NCBI GenBank assembly: GCA_951406725.2
Contig: OX597815.1
Coordinates: forward strand, 108,004,001-108,068,000
Direction of reading: 5' to 3'
Origin: Octopus vulgaris
Taxonomy: Eukaryota
Length of the DNA stretch: 64,000 nt
The notes under the pieces were generated by a model. It searched no databases. It was not told the DNA's origin and saw nothing but the letters and a program-made list of their open reading frames with translations. The position numbers and the translations under genes are program-made. Positions 13,424 through 27,059 of the stretch are shown piece after piece. How positions within the stretch are numbered: position 1 is the first letter of the stretch; every line of letters starts with the position of its first letter.

Positions 13424-13837
13424 GTGTACAATTTTTATTTGTTCATTACAAACGTTTCTGCAGTTTATAAATAAACATTTAACTGATTTTGAAAAACAAA
13501 TTCCCAAATTATTACATATGATCTTGGTTTGTGTGATAAAAGCAAGCTAGAGAGAACCTTTGAAAAAGTAATCATTAACTAGCTTATCAGACTATTTTTT
13601 TTTCTCATTTTACTTATTTTATTCATTAGACTGCAGTTATGTTGGGGCACCACTCTGAAGAACTTTATTTGAATGAATCAATCTCAATTCTCTTTTCCTT
13701 TTTAAAGTATGGTACGTATTCTATCAATCTCTTTTGCTGAACTGCCTAGTTATGGAGACATAGATACTAACACTGGTTATCAAACGCCGGGGCAGGAGAT
13801 ACACTAGCACATAGACATGCACACATACATGCATACA
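13424..13837 (+). repeat. Young ~415-bp duplication of 16833-17247, including a SINE B tail
   Basis: Near-identical by eye, with few substitutions. Confidence 0.92.
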
Positions 13838-14155
13838 AAATTTTTGGTAATTGATTTATACATTTGGAGTCAAGGCAAAGTTTTCAAATCCATGCAAACA
13901 TGATAATTCTCAATTGTTTGCTGCATTTAAACAAACTGCTTGTTGGATGTGGGTGAAGGAAGGATTTCAGATATTGTTAATACTGACGCATCTTTCCCAG
14001 ACATCATTATAATTCCATGCTTCCCAACAGTGAAATTCCAAGAAAGATTTGGTTCCATTTATTATGATGATCTAGAAATGCATTACTAAAATGAAGAATG
14101 GATATATTTGAGACCTATTTGAATATCATAAAACATCTAAGTGAATTAACTAAAT

Positions 14156-14449
14156 CAGAGGTTCTCAACCATTTTTTGCCAGCTTGCTGCCTTGTTACAG
14201 TAGCATTATTAAAACATAAATGGATTCTTTGATACTTATTTTACTTGAGTGGACTTTCATAGCATTTGATGTTTTAAAAAATTGTTATATCTTTATAATT
14301 GAATATTATTAGGAATTGTATTAAAAAAATTGTTGAAATATTTTTGTATTGTAGAAGTGTAACCAGTTTTTTGCACATAAATTTTAACAAGAAATGCTTC
14401 AATGGATCCTTCCACCAAGGGTTATGTGGACTCCAATTGAGAACCATTG
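14156..14449. mobile_element. hAT-like MITE
   Basis: TIR CAGAGGTTCTCAA/TTGAGAACCATTG; 8-bp flanks aactaaat/gacaaaat (6 of 8 match). Confidence 0.7.
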
Positions 14450-16281
14450 GACAAAATGATGAAATTATGAATAAGATTCCTGAAATATGATTACACTAAG
14501 AGGTGTAGATTCAGTAGCAGAAGAAAACCAAGTTATTCATTATCTCACTAAATTTTTTGAAGTTATTAGATATAAGCCCTATTCACATAATCAAAACACA
14601 GATAGAAGTTCCAGTAATGCTTCTCCAAAACTTAGACCATAAAACGATCACTGCACTAGTAATTGATTTATGGTTATCAGTGCTACTGATAATTTAGTGA
14701 GAGTCAGCAAACTCAGTCATGTTGATGCTTGAAGAGTGTTAATGGTTCAGCTAACACTGATTTAGTGTTCAATCTGAAAAAAGTACAATTTGTTATAAGG
14801 CCTGATTTTGTTACGTTCATAAATTAATATCAAGAACTAAATTTAGAGAGGTATGGGCTGTATCCTCCAACCCCACTGTTCGCAGAATCTTAACTAAGAA
14901 CGTTGTTGCTCTCTTCCAAGGCAAAGCAATGGAGTTGGAAGATGGTAACATGTACAGAATATTGCTGCCAGCCAACAAACCTGAGAATATTTGCTGACCA
15001 AAGAGAATTTAACTGCACAACCAGTAAGACACATTATAATGATGAAGACAGGATCTTAACTAAAAATATTGTTTAAAGAGAAGTCATCAGAGTAAATGTA
15101 AATATCATACAATGTATATACCAAATTTAAAGAATATGAAATAAAATATTTCCAAAATAAATACTTTTAACTAAACAATATTAAAGTATTGTTTATTAAG
15201 CCTTCGCTTAAATTTTTATAATTTATTCAATTTAAAAGCTTTCTAATATAATATTTACATTTTGTAACATTAAAAACAAAGTTATTAAGTTGATGATTCT
15301 TTCAGAGACTTACATTTAAACAGACTATATATTATATGAAAGGTAGCATTTTAAGTGAAAAAATTTAAATTTAAATTAAAGTTTTTGTCTTTTTGCCACA
15401 ACAGAGTGATCGCTATCAAACTAGTGTTAAAATGACTAAGACTATTGCAGATGGAACAATTGTGATTACTGATGGATGTTATTAACCTACCAGCTGCTAA
15501 CCATAACTCAGCTATGAAGCTAAAATGAAATATATTGACAGCCAAGCAATATAGAGGTAAGCAGAGTTAATTGCTTTGTCAAGAGAGACAACCTAGTGTT
15601 TGAAGTAAGGTTTCAATAGATGGCCATGTATGTGATCAGTAGTACACAACTTGTCTTCCTAGCTATTGTACTTCATCTTATAGCATATGAGTGCAGTCTC
15701 AGCATGTTTTATGCATTACATATCATATACATTTAACGAAAATTCTATGTATTCTCCAATATAATCATAACTTTAAGATTTAAAGATTCCGGCTGAAATA
15801 GTGTTTATGATTAGTCACCTTCTTTCTGGATGAAAGCTAAAAGTATTTTGTCAGTAACTTATGTATAAGGGCTATCAATATATTGCCTACTGATATTTGA
15901 CCATTTGAAATACTAAAACTATTCATTTGTCAGTGAATGAAGAAAAATAATGTAGACTGCATTGCTAAATGCTTAACCAATCATTTGTCAGTTGCCAGTG
16001 TTATATCATCTGGGCTGAATAATGATACTTTTAAACAGATGAGAAGCCAAAACTAGTTAAGTGTCTTCACATAAAATACATGTAGTAGAATACTGGCATG
16101 TGACTTCAAAGCCAGGTATCCACGCAGATATACCATCAAATCAGCTATTCTACTGCTAACATTCTATATGTGTTAGCATGTGTATTGCATAACATACAAA
16201 TTCTGTCATCTATTATAAGTATGAATGCAGATAGAAACATTTGCACATGCGAGTGCACACACACACACACTCACTCACACA

Positions 16282-16315
<34 letters not shown>

Positions 16316-16369
16316 TATATATATGTATGTGGAATAGACTCAACAATTATATGAAATATTGATCAACTA

Positions 16370-16514
16370 TCATCATCATAATTTAACGTCCTCTTTCCAT
16401 GCTGGCATGGGTTGACTAAAAACTGATAAGCCGGTGGGATGCTCCAGGTTCCGATCTGATTTGGCAAGGTTTCTATGACTGGATGCCCTTCCTAATGCCA
16501 ACCACTCCAAGAGT

Positions 16515-16515
<1 letters not shown>
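16370..16515 (-). mobile_element. Family A RTE-tail repeat
   Basis: (atc)n tail plus reverse-complement body. Confidence 0.8.
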
Positions 16516-16564
<49 letters not shown>

Positions 16565-17249
16565 GTTAGTGGTGGTCTTAAATGCTTTTGCAATCTCAGC
16601 TGAAGACAATTTTATAGTGGCTATGCAAAAGATTAAAGCATTTTAATCAGTGATTTCAACTATTCTATTAACATAGCTTCCAAAGATTTAGAAATAAATA
16701 ATTGATCCCTATTTTTAAAAAAGTGTTAGGTTTGCTGAAGAGCTTCTGGTTGTTAAATTTAGAATCCTTAGCAACAAATTAGAAAGAATATAAGCTCATT
16801 TGTTGTTTTTGCTGATGCATTTATAATTATCAGTGTACAATTTTTATTTGTTCATTACAAACGTTTCTGCAGTTTTTAAATAAACATTTAACTGATTTTG
16901 AAAAACAAATTCCCAAATTATTACATATGATCTTGGTTTGTGTGATAAAAGCAAGCTAGAGAGAACCTTTGAAAAAGTAATCATTAACTAGCTTATCAGA
17001 CTATTTTTTTTTTTTCATTTTACTTATTTTATTCATTAGACTGCAGTTATGTTAGAGCACCACTCTGAAGAACTTTATTTGAATGAATCAATCTCAATTC
17101 TCTTTTCCTTTTTAAAGTATGGTACGCATTCTATCAATCTCTTTTGCTGAACTGCCTAGTTATGGAGACATAGACACTAACACTGGTTATCAAATGCCGG
17201 GGCAGGAGATACACTGGCACAAAGACATGCACACGTATATGCATACATG

Positions 17250-17810
17250 ATCCCAAGGACAAAGAAATAAGAACCCACAATATGGCAGAAGCCATAGCCG
17301 CTCATAATAAAGAGGAATACTGGTGGAATGTTTCAGTGAAGATCTCAATAAAATGTAAGCAGAACAGACCTGATATAAGGATTTGGGATAGAGAAGCGAA
17401 ACTGTGAACAGTTGTGGGAATTAGCTGCCCAGCGGATGTTAAGATAAAGCTGAAGTTCAGTGAAAAAGAGAATACCTAAGCTGAACTATTGAGAAATCTG
17501 CAGTTACTCTATCCAGGTTACAAGTTCAGGTTTATACCTGTAATTATTGGGGCCCTGGGATATGTAACACACTACCTAAATACCAATCTTGAGAAATTAG
17601 GCTTTTCAAAACCAGCAAGGAGAAAGCTAATTTGAGACTACAGATCCAGTCCATTACTGGAACTGTAAAAATCTGTAAAACTTTCCAGAAGTTTATCATT
17701 TAAATGTACATGAGCATATCTAGATATGCAACTATATGCATGAGAATACATACATAAAACATAAAAATCTGTACGTACATACATACATACATACAAACAA
17801 ACAAACAAAA
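17250..17810 (+). mobile_element. 3' end of a REL-endonuclease non-LTR retrotransposon (R4/Dong/NeSL-like), pseudogenised
   Basis: EYWWNVSVKISIKCKQNRPDIRIWDREAKL*TVVGISCPADVKIKLKFSEKENT*AELLRNLQLLYPGYKFRFIPVIIGALGYV..., followed by a (TACA)n/(AAAC)n tail. Confidence 0.85.
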
Positions 17811-17959
17811 TAACTGTTGTTGATGTTAAAATTCCAATGAAGGAGCCTTGGATCTAGGTTAGAATTTCTTTCTGTATTGGCAAGAAATCTTGAAATAAAA
17901 CCGAATGAGGACATACATAGATAGTACATATATATATACACATATATATATATATGGTG

Positions 17960-18112
17960 GTCTCTTTTCAGTTTCCATCTACCAAACCTACTCACAAGGC
18001 TTTGGTCTGCCTAAGGCAAACCAAAGACATTTGTCCAAGATACCATGCAGTGAGACTGAACCTGGAACCATGTGGTTGAGAAGTAAACTTCTTACCACAC
18101 AGCTACACCTAT
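17960..18112 (-). mobile_element. tRNA/CORE-like SINE family B, 5' part
   Basis: Minus-strand head tagctgtgtggtaag...ggttcagtc...cttggacaaatgtc. Confidence 0.75.
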
Positions 18113-18287
18113 GCCTATTCTTTTTGCTCAAAAGTTTGATCAAGATTCTGTTCATGAATGCATGTAATATAAAAAAAAGTACAGTATTTATCCTTGCATA
18201 ATACATACTTGTGTAGAATATTTCTTCCTAATTATGATGAAATTCCAGAAAAATATCTCATGCAGATATTTTTCATTAATATTTTTT

Positions 18288-18512
18288 TATTTCTTTACTA
18301 CCCACAAGGGGTTAAACACAGAGGGGACAAACAAGGACAGAAAAATTGATTAAGTCGATTATATTGACCCCAGTGCATAACTGGTACTTAATTTATCGAC
18401 CCCAAAAGGATGAAAGGCAAAGTCAACCTCAGCGGAATTTGAACTCAGAACGTAACGGCAGACGAAATACGGCTATGCATTTTGCCTGGCATGCTAACGT
18501 TTCTGCCAGCTC
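18288..18512 (-). mobile_element. SINE family C
   Basis: Near-consensus; matches 25220-25447 and 35046-35248. Confidence 0.9.
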
Positions 18513-19686
18513 ATAATATTATATGAACAAATCGAATGTTTAGACAGATTTAGTATAATTGATGTATAAAATGAACTATAACGGTTATCATGTCTTAAAC
18601 AAAATACAAATTGAAATTTGAAAGTCATCTTTGAACTTCACTGGTGTAGGCTGCACCTGCAGGAAAGTCCGCAGAGGGGAAATTACATGATTATGTTTCT
18701 TCTATCAGTTTGATTTTGATAATAACAATATATTTAAATAAAGTTGTACTCTGTTTTACTATCCACTTTATTCAGTGATGCACTCATGGACGTGTTGTCA
18801 CAAGACAGTTTGTTTATCAGTTGATGCTTTAAAGCCCCAGAAACATTTCATTCTGAATTTTTTTTTAAATATGAACTTTTTAAAATTCTTGTTTTGAACA
18901 GACTTTCATGGGCAAGCAAATTCTTTATCTGCAGGAAAAAAAAAAAGACTCACAAGCTTAATAAATTGAAGCACAGCAATTGAAATTTTCATAAAACCAA
19001 AAACACCCATGTTTCATATGTAATTTTATGGGACATACATTGTGTCAACACTTTACAAAGAAAGTATTTATTTATTGTATGAATATCTGTCTAGATAAAA
19101 GCAAAACCAGTGTTTCATTGATATCAATATCAGTTTTATTTTCTGATCAATTCATATCAGCAATTATGAGTAAAATTTTGTTGAATTTAATGGGACATTG
19201 ATCAATATGATAACCAGTGTAATTCTATGAACATTTAATATGTTATCACTATCATTGAAAAATGCAACATTATTTTAAAATCTTCTTTATACATCAATAA
19301 ACCTAGATGATAGGTATAAATTACTTGTCAATTTGCTGTTCAGAATAGAACAATGCACTTGGGGCCTAAAAAAAAATGCATAATATTTAGTTCACGAGTA
19401 AGGTGGTGAGCTTGCAGAATTGTTATCATGCTGAACAAAATATTTTGTGGCATTTCATCCACTTTTGCATTCTGAAATTCAAATTCCTTTTGGGTTGACT
19501 TTACCTTTCCTTCTTTTGGGGGTGAATGAAATAAGTGGTAGTTGTACCCTGGGGTTGAGGTAATCAGCTTCTCCCTTTAGATGATCAAATTGACCCAGGA
19601 CTTATTTTAAGTTTGGTTTGCATTTTCTCTCATTGTGTGTGTGTGTGTATATTTTCTATTTTCTCTCCCTGCTTATTTCTGTGTTC

Positions 19687-19722
19687 CTTTTTGTTGAAGA
19701 GCATAGGCTCGAAACATAAAAG
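19687..19722 (+). ncRNA. Minimal hammerhead-like motif (degenerate)
   Basis: cttt..TTGAAGAGC-ATAG-GCTC-GAAA-CATA-aaag; related copies at 20075-20178 (-), 24259-24355 (+) and 40829-40866 (-). Confidence 0.5.
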
Positions 19723-19901
19723 ACTTTCTCACTTCCCAAGTGTTAAACTAATACATCTATTTGTTGATTACACACCCATCTTCGTCGGCTGTATTTTTGT
19801 AAATTCTCACTATATATATCATCATCATCATCATCGTCGTTTAATGTATATATATATAATAATCAGTATCAAAATTTGATACTGATTAGAAGATCGAAAA
19901 T

Positions 19902-19945
19902 CCACCTGAAGATTGTCAGTAGCAGACATGAAACATTTGTAGTGG
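19902..19945 (+). ncRNA. Compact type-I hammerhead ribozyme, canonical core
   Basis: CCAC-CTGAAGA-T-TGTC-agtagca-GACA-T-GAAA-CATTTG-TA-GTGG: stem I CCAC/GTGG, stem II TGTC/GACA, GUA cleavage triplet. Confidence 0.78.
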
Positions 19946-20029
19946 CGGTTTATTTAATTTATATTAAAATTTTATGTATTGATTAAGTCTTTCCTTGTTT
20001 GGTTTTAAAATAGTGATTTTGTCTCGAAT

Positions 20030-20073
<44 letters not shown>

Positions 20074-20178
20074 AGGGAGAGTTTACGAAAAAAACAAAAG
20101 ACAAAGACAGGTGGTGTACAAAACAAACAAATGTATAAGTATAACGTTCAGGAATAGAAAAAGTCTTTTACGTTTCGA

Positions 20179-20876
20179 TTCAATAAAATCATCATTAGCT
20201 TCTACTTCAACATCCAGACGACTTCAGAATCTCCTACAACTCTTCTGGAAGGTCTCCTTGTTTAAGTTGGTCAATGCTGCCATAATTCTTCCCTTCAGTT
20301 TACCTTTTATGCTTCAAGGAGTTTTGTTGGTCTCTCCACACATTTTAATCAAGGGGTTTGCAGTCTGAAGAGTTAGGTGGCCAGATGTTAAGGGTGATGT
20401 GGTGTGTTGCAGAAATTGTCTGACAGCCATGACTGGGTTCTCCTGCTTGTGTGTCATGGCGCAGAGTCCTGTTGCCAGACATAGGGCCTTCTGGAAGCCA
20501 CCCTCTTGACTCAGGGCAACACTAACTTCGGCTGTGTTGGAAGATGAATGGAGGCATAATGTCTCCGGCACTTGTGACCACTCCAAACACCATGACGTTG
20601 ACTGGATGTTTGATTTTTATCACTCTTGGTACATGTCCTCAGATTGCACTGTCCTCAGACTGACATGTAAACACTCTGAAATCTTTGTATTGTGAATGCC
20701 AAGCAGTGCAGCATATCGTTTACAAATTTCTGGCAGAGTGAGTTGCATCATGGTGGTGTTTTTCTCACAGATAGTGCCCAACTGACCCTGCTATACTGTG
20801 TAGTTGACAAAGTCAAAAACAAATAATCTACATGAGCAAAATTAAAAGTAGAAAGTGGTGACAATTTACCGATCAC
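20179..20876 (-). mobile_element. maT-like DD37D element copy, deleted and truncated
   Basis: Reverse-complement homolog of 2870-3738 and 54695-55564. Confidence 0.85.
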
Positions 20877-20895
20877 CGATATATATATATATTTA

Positions 20896-20971
<76 letters not shown>

Positions 20972-21479
20972 TATACATAGACTAATAGATAGATAGAAAC
21001 CAAGTTTTCAACTATCAAACTCATTCACTGGACATAGATTAGCTTGGAACCATCATGGAAGGTGCTTATCATGCCACTGGCATATAATAGGATTGAAACC
21101 CAAACATACAAAGTTGCAAAGTGCATTGCTTAATCCAAACAGCCATACTTGACCTGATAATTTGTACTGTTAATTTCAGTGATATTTCATATATGTCAAT
21201 TATGTCATCATTAAAATTAGATTATTGAATATTTTGCTCCAGGAAATATGTAACAATTTGCTATAAGAGAGGGAATTTAGTTCCTCTATCTATAAATCTG
21301 AACACAATAAATAAAAAAACTGAAATGCTTTATGATTTTATTATCCATTGTATGGAGGCAGATGTCTTTGTATTCAGTTAGAGTAAAAGACTAATTAGCA
21401 TAATGCAATGCCTTACGGCAAGCCGTTTAGCTAATATTATTGCAGTAAGAATCACAATAGCCAGGTATCTTTCTCTCTC

Positions 21480-21670
21480 TCTCTCTCACACATCACCACC
21501 ACCACCACCACCAAAACCACCACCACCACCACCACCACCACTACCACCACCACCATTATGTATGTATGTCTATATGTATGCATGTATGCATGTATGTACG
21601 TATTATAAATCTTCCACTGAGGACGGAGCTGCTTTCCAACAAAGATATAAGGCTCCTTGTATGTACGTAC

Positions 21671-21701
<31 letters not shown>

Positions 21702-21987
21702 TGTATGTATGTGTATATGCATGCATGTATGTATGTATGTATGTATGTATGTATGTATGTGTATATGCATGCATGTATGTATGTATGTATGTATGTATGT
21801 GTGTATGCATGTATGTATGTATGTATGTATGCATGTTTGTATGTATGTATGTGTATATGCATGTATGTATGTATGTATGTATGTATGTATGTATGTACGT
21901 ATGTGTGTATGTGTGTATGCATGTGTGTATGCATGTATGTATGTATGTATATATGTATGTGTATATGCATGCATGTATGTATGTATG

Positions 21988-22020
<33 letters not shown>
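21480..22020. repeat. (CCA)n plus long (TATG)n microsatellites
   Basis: Direct reading; source of the spurious 120-230 aa ORFs. Confidence 0.95.
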
Positions 22021-22021
<1 letters not shown>

Positions 22022-23245
22022 GCGAGATGAATCAAAGCTTTTTTTATAGATTTTTCACTGATGATTTTGGCAACTTGTATTTCGATGTTACTTCATTAAT
22101 TTGATACAACTTGTCCAATCAACACTGAATTGTTTATTCTTTATTTTCATATATAACATATAAACATAAATCGATCATTTGTCATTTTGTAGCTTTGATA
22201 ATGAACAGTAAGACAATTGCAATTAGAGCCTTTTTTATGCTGCCTGTGAAAAAACGGATTGAGTGTAAGTTAGCAACAAACAGAAATTGATGATAATGGA
22301 AAGAACTGTCAATGAACGTGTAGCACAAAACTGTCACCAATCTCAAAGTTAAACTAAGATCAGAAAGACCTTTTGTGTGAAGATGTGGCCTTGCTTGTAT
22401 TGGTTGAACAACAGCCAAGCGCAAGCGCCTGTACATTGTTGGCAGAACTTCATCCTTCACAAAGCTCTATTTCTCAACACTTCTATAAGCACAGACTTGT
22501 GAACAGACAGTCAAGAAGCTCCTCATGAAATGCTGGTTAATCTTTGAGATGCTCAATTTTGACAGCAAATTGTAACTGGGGATGAAAAATGAATCTATTT
22601 TAGTAATCTTATAAAGAGAAATCAGTGGTTTTGTACCAGCCAGGCTTTAGAACGTATTGTCAAACAAGGGCAGTTTGAACAGAAGGTCATGATGTATGCT
22701 TGGTGGAATTATGAAGGGGTGTTGCACTTTGAGCTTGTTCCGGACGGTCATGCTGTGGAAAGTAACTCTGATGCTCAACAACTGCATTGAGTATATGATG
22801 CTTTGAAAGCCTGCTATATGGTATTGGTGAACCAAAGATGCACACTCCTACAGCATGACAATGCCTCAACAGACATTGTCAATATGACCAAGAGCAAACT
22901 TCAGGAACATGAGGGGCTGGAAGTGCTGCCTCACTGTGCCTACAGTCCAGAGTTTGCACCATCAGATGACAACCTTTTCTGATCTGTGGCTCATTTCCTG
23001 CATGGGTAGAGGTTCAACAATATGAATGAGATTGAAAATGGGTGTTGGGAGTCTTTTGCTTCCAAACCAGACAAATGGGTTTTTGGCAGAACAATGGCAA
23101 CAGACTAATGGGTTTTTGGCAGAACAATGGCATCAGACAGAAGAATATGATAGGATAAATTTTGATGAATAAATGTTTACCTATGTAATTTGTTTGAACT
23201 ATTAATTAAAGCTAGAAATATGAAATACTTTTGACTTAACTCGGT
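22022..23245 (+). mobile_element. Degenerate mariner (DD34D) transposon, second family
   Basis: TIRs TA-GCGAGATGAATCAAA / TTTGACTTAACTCGG-TA; QIVTGDEK, KVMMYAWWNYEGVLHFEL, LLQHDNA, HCAYSPEFAPSDDNLF. Confidence 0.88.
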
Positions 23246-23387
23246 ATGTATGAATGAATGTATGTACATATGCATGTGTGTTTGTGTGTGTTACATTGCA
23301 AAATGGCATGATTCAAATATGTTAAGCCTTCATTCTTCCTCTTGAGGCTCTTCCTCTTTTTGTTTCTTTTCTTTTATGTATTTTTCT

Positions 23388-23505
23388 TTCCCCTGATGAA
23401 GCTCCATGTTCCAGATCAGATTTGTTATAAAATATGACGAATATTATTCTCAGAATTTTCTTTGGCATCACTGTGGGACATTGGAAGCAGAAATAGCTGT
23501 CAGAT
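23388..23505 (+). ncRNA. Type-I hammerhead motif with long stem II
   Basis: CTGATGA (23393)-AGCTCCATGTTCCA...TGGGACATTGGAAGCA-GAAA (23490)-TAGCTG-TC. Confidence 0.65.
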
Positions 23506-23728
23506 GGGATAAAGTCTTTGTATTAAAAAACAATAATCGATAGCAGTCAAATGTTGTTGATCAAGATTTCTCCATTTTCTGCTTAATTTATATATATATT
23601 ATATTATATTATCATCATCATTGTTTAACATCCGTCTTCCATACTGTCATAGGTGGGGCATATTATATCGTTATATTATACACACACAAATATGCACAGA
23701 CACACCACACACACAGACACACAGACAC

Positions 23729-23763
<35 letters not shown>

Positions 23764-24093
23764 CACACACTCACACATGCACATACACATGTCATTACAT
23801 CATCATTTTAACATCCACTTTTTTATGCTTGCATGGGTCAGACAAAGTTTATTGAAGCAGATTTTCTATGGCTGGAAGCTCTTCCAATTACCAACCCTTG
23901 TCTCTTTCTAAACAAGGGATTTTTTTCCAGACATGTTTTCATAAAATATTGAAAATGAATGACACTACTTGCATGATAGTGACACTCATTTACAATTTGT
24001 AACACATTTACAATCAATATCAAGACAACAAAACACAAACACACACACACATACATGTATATGCACATGCATATATGTATATTTCTCATCAAC

Positions 24094-24175
<82 letters not shown>

Positions 24176-24371
24176 GTCTGTCTGTCTGTCTGTATGTATG
24201 TATATATATATGCACATCCACACGTACACATATATGTATATATATAATCATACATATGTAAAAAGACTTTCTCACTTTCCAGAGTGTCAAATTAATACAC
24301 CTGCTTGTTGTTCATACACCTGTCTTTGTCTTTTGTTTTTCTGTAAATTTCGACTATATATATATATATAA

Positions 24372-25155
24372 ACAAAGTAAATAGAATATGGAGAAATATT
24401 GATCAGCAACAATTGACTAACATCGAATATTACTTTTTAATAAAAAGACTTTATCCCATCTAACAGCTGTTTCTGGAACATGGAGCTTCATCAGAGCGAA
24501 GAAAAATACATAAGATAAAATACAAGAAAATAAAATAAAAGAAGAGCCTTGAGAAGGATAAGAAAGGCTTAATATATTTAAATCATACCGTTTTACATAT
24601 GTGACGCTCCAGGACGTTGAGTAAATGACTACACTATAAATATTAATTCGTGGGTTAATTTTTCTTTAGGGGTAACAAGGTGTATGAATAATAAAAAAGT
24701 AAAATAAAAACTTTATCATAACGGGATATGCCAATAGGTCTAGAAAAAGAGTGAGTGGTAGTGAAATAACATTTAGAAGTAATCAGAATAGATCTTAATA
24801 TTATGTTAATTGTGTTAATTAATAGTTTATCCTAATATTAGGATATTATTCTCAGAATTTTCAATGGCAACACCAAGGGACATTGGAAGCAGAAACAGCT
24901 GTTAGATGAGATAGAGTCTTTACATTAAAAAGTAAGAATCGATGTTAGTCAATTGTTGTTGATCCATATTTCTTCATTTTCTGTTTACTTTAAATCTGAT
25001 TCCTGATAAATTCATGTTTATCTTTGTCATTATCTGTATCCTGAGAGCATAATATACTTGCATATATATGCCCAAGGTTAACATAGGTAATTATACTGCT
25101 AGTAAAATGGATATTTTTATCCCTCAGATAGTTATTCGAACCTCTAACTCTACTA

Positions 25156-25160
<5 letters not shown>
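24372..25160. mobile_element. Fold-back PLE-like element with HHR halves
   Basis: IR arms ~24372-24475 and ~24888-24991; minus-strand CTGATGA..GAAACAGCTGTT at 24458-24497; homologous to 23318-23590 and 34035-34290. Confidence 0.7.
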
Positions 25161-25219
<59 letters not shown>

Positions 25220-25221
<2 letters not shown>

Positions 25222-25447
25222 TTCTTTACTACCCACAAGGGGCTAAATATAGAGGGGACAAACAAGGACAGACAAATGGATTAAGTCGATTACATCAACC
25301 CCAGTGCGAAACTGGTACTTTATTTATCGACCCTGAAAGGATGAAAGGCAAAGTCTACCTCGGCGGAATTTGAACTCAGAACTTAATGTCAGACGAAATA
25401 CCACTAAGCATTTCGCCCGGGGTGCTAACATTTCTGCCAGCTCGCCT
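25220..25447 (-). mobile_element. SINE family C
   Basis: Near-consensus, with full tRNA-like head ggcgagctggcagaaatgttagc. Confidence 0.9.
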
Positions 25448-25499
25448 TATATATATATATTATATATGTATAACCACCCACTTATGAGTACCCCTCATT

Positions 25500-26173
<674 letters not shown>

Positions 26174-27059
26174 ATATAAATGTGTATATATAAGTATATA
26201 TATGTATATATACATATATGTACATATGTAGAAATATATATATACATACATATATATATATATATGCTGGCTTTCCACATAGTTTCCATCCAGTAAATTC
26301 ACTCCATATGGACAGTAGAAGACACCTGAATGAATATTTTTCTGTAATGTGATCGAATCTGGAACATGTAATGGCAACGCAAAGTTATTAACCACACATT
26401 GATGTTTCCCTGTTTACACATACATGTCTATACATGTGTAGGTTGAATTAAATTGATTTTTTATCTAAACACATATCAAGATATTTCAAATTCACTGTTA
26501 ACTGCTGAGCTAAAAGTAACGAGAGGGTGGAAGATGAGAGAGAGAGAAAGAGAGAAAGGATGGTGGCAAAAATTTATTACATTTTTCACTCTTGTTAGGT
26601 ATGGTGCATCTGAAGTCATTAGCGCACACATCAACATCAGAATTCTGATGTAATAATAAAATGTTCCTGATATTTCTGCAATTATGTCTACTGAAGGTAC
26701 CATACTGAGTATGGAATATTGAATTAAATTTGATGTAAAAACTTGCTAAATAACGGCTTTGAAGATCATCGTTGTCATCGTCCATGTCATTGTTATCCTT
26801 ATTGTCGTTATCATCATCATCATCATTATCATCAGCAGCAGCAGCATATGGAACATGAATGCTAATAAAGTGCTTTCTATGTCTGTTTTTGGCATAGTAT
26901 CTACAGCTTGATGCCCTTCCTAAGGTCAACCACAATACTGGATGATTTTTCTTTTTTTTTGTGGAACCAGCATTAGTGAGGTCGTCATGCAACCTGCAAG
27001 ACTAAGGTCTGCTTTGGCTGAGTTAGGCTGCAGTAGAAGGGAGGCAGCTTTATGCTATA

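Larger units (their letters stand above)
12576..15095 (+). pseudogene. Helitron PIF1-type helicase relic, interrupted by three insertions
   Basis: LNKEQK..F; DAPGVKGKTYLLN (Walker A); GTAYSHFK; EAPM; LNGDFWQIFP; LLDVGEG; PVMLLQNLD; C-terminal TKNIV*REV. Confidence 0.8.

Noticed and set aside
21403-22104. 233-aa ORF with poly-Pro and CMYV repeats, and all similar [16 protein letters not shown] ORFs
   Set aside because: Stop-free microsatellite frames of (TA)n, (TATG)n, (TATC)n and (CA)n
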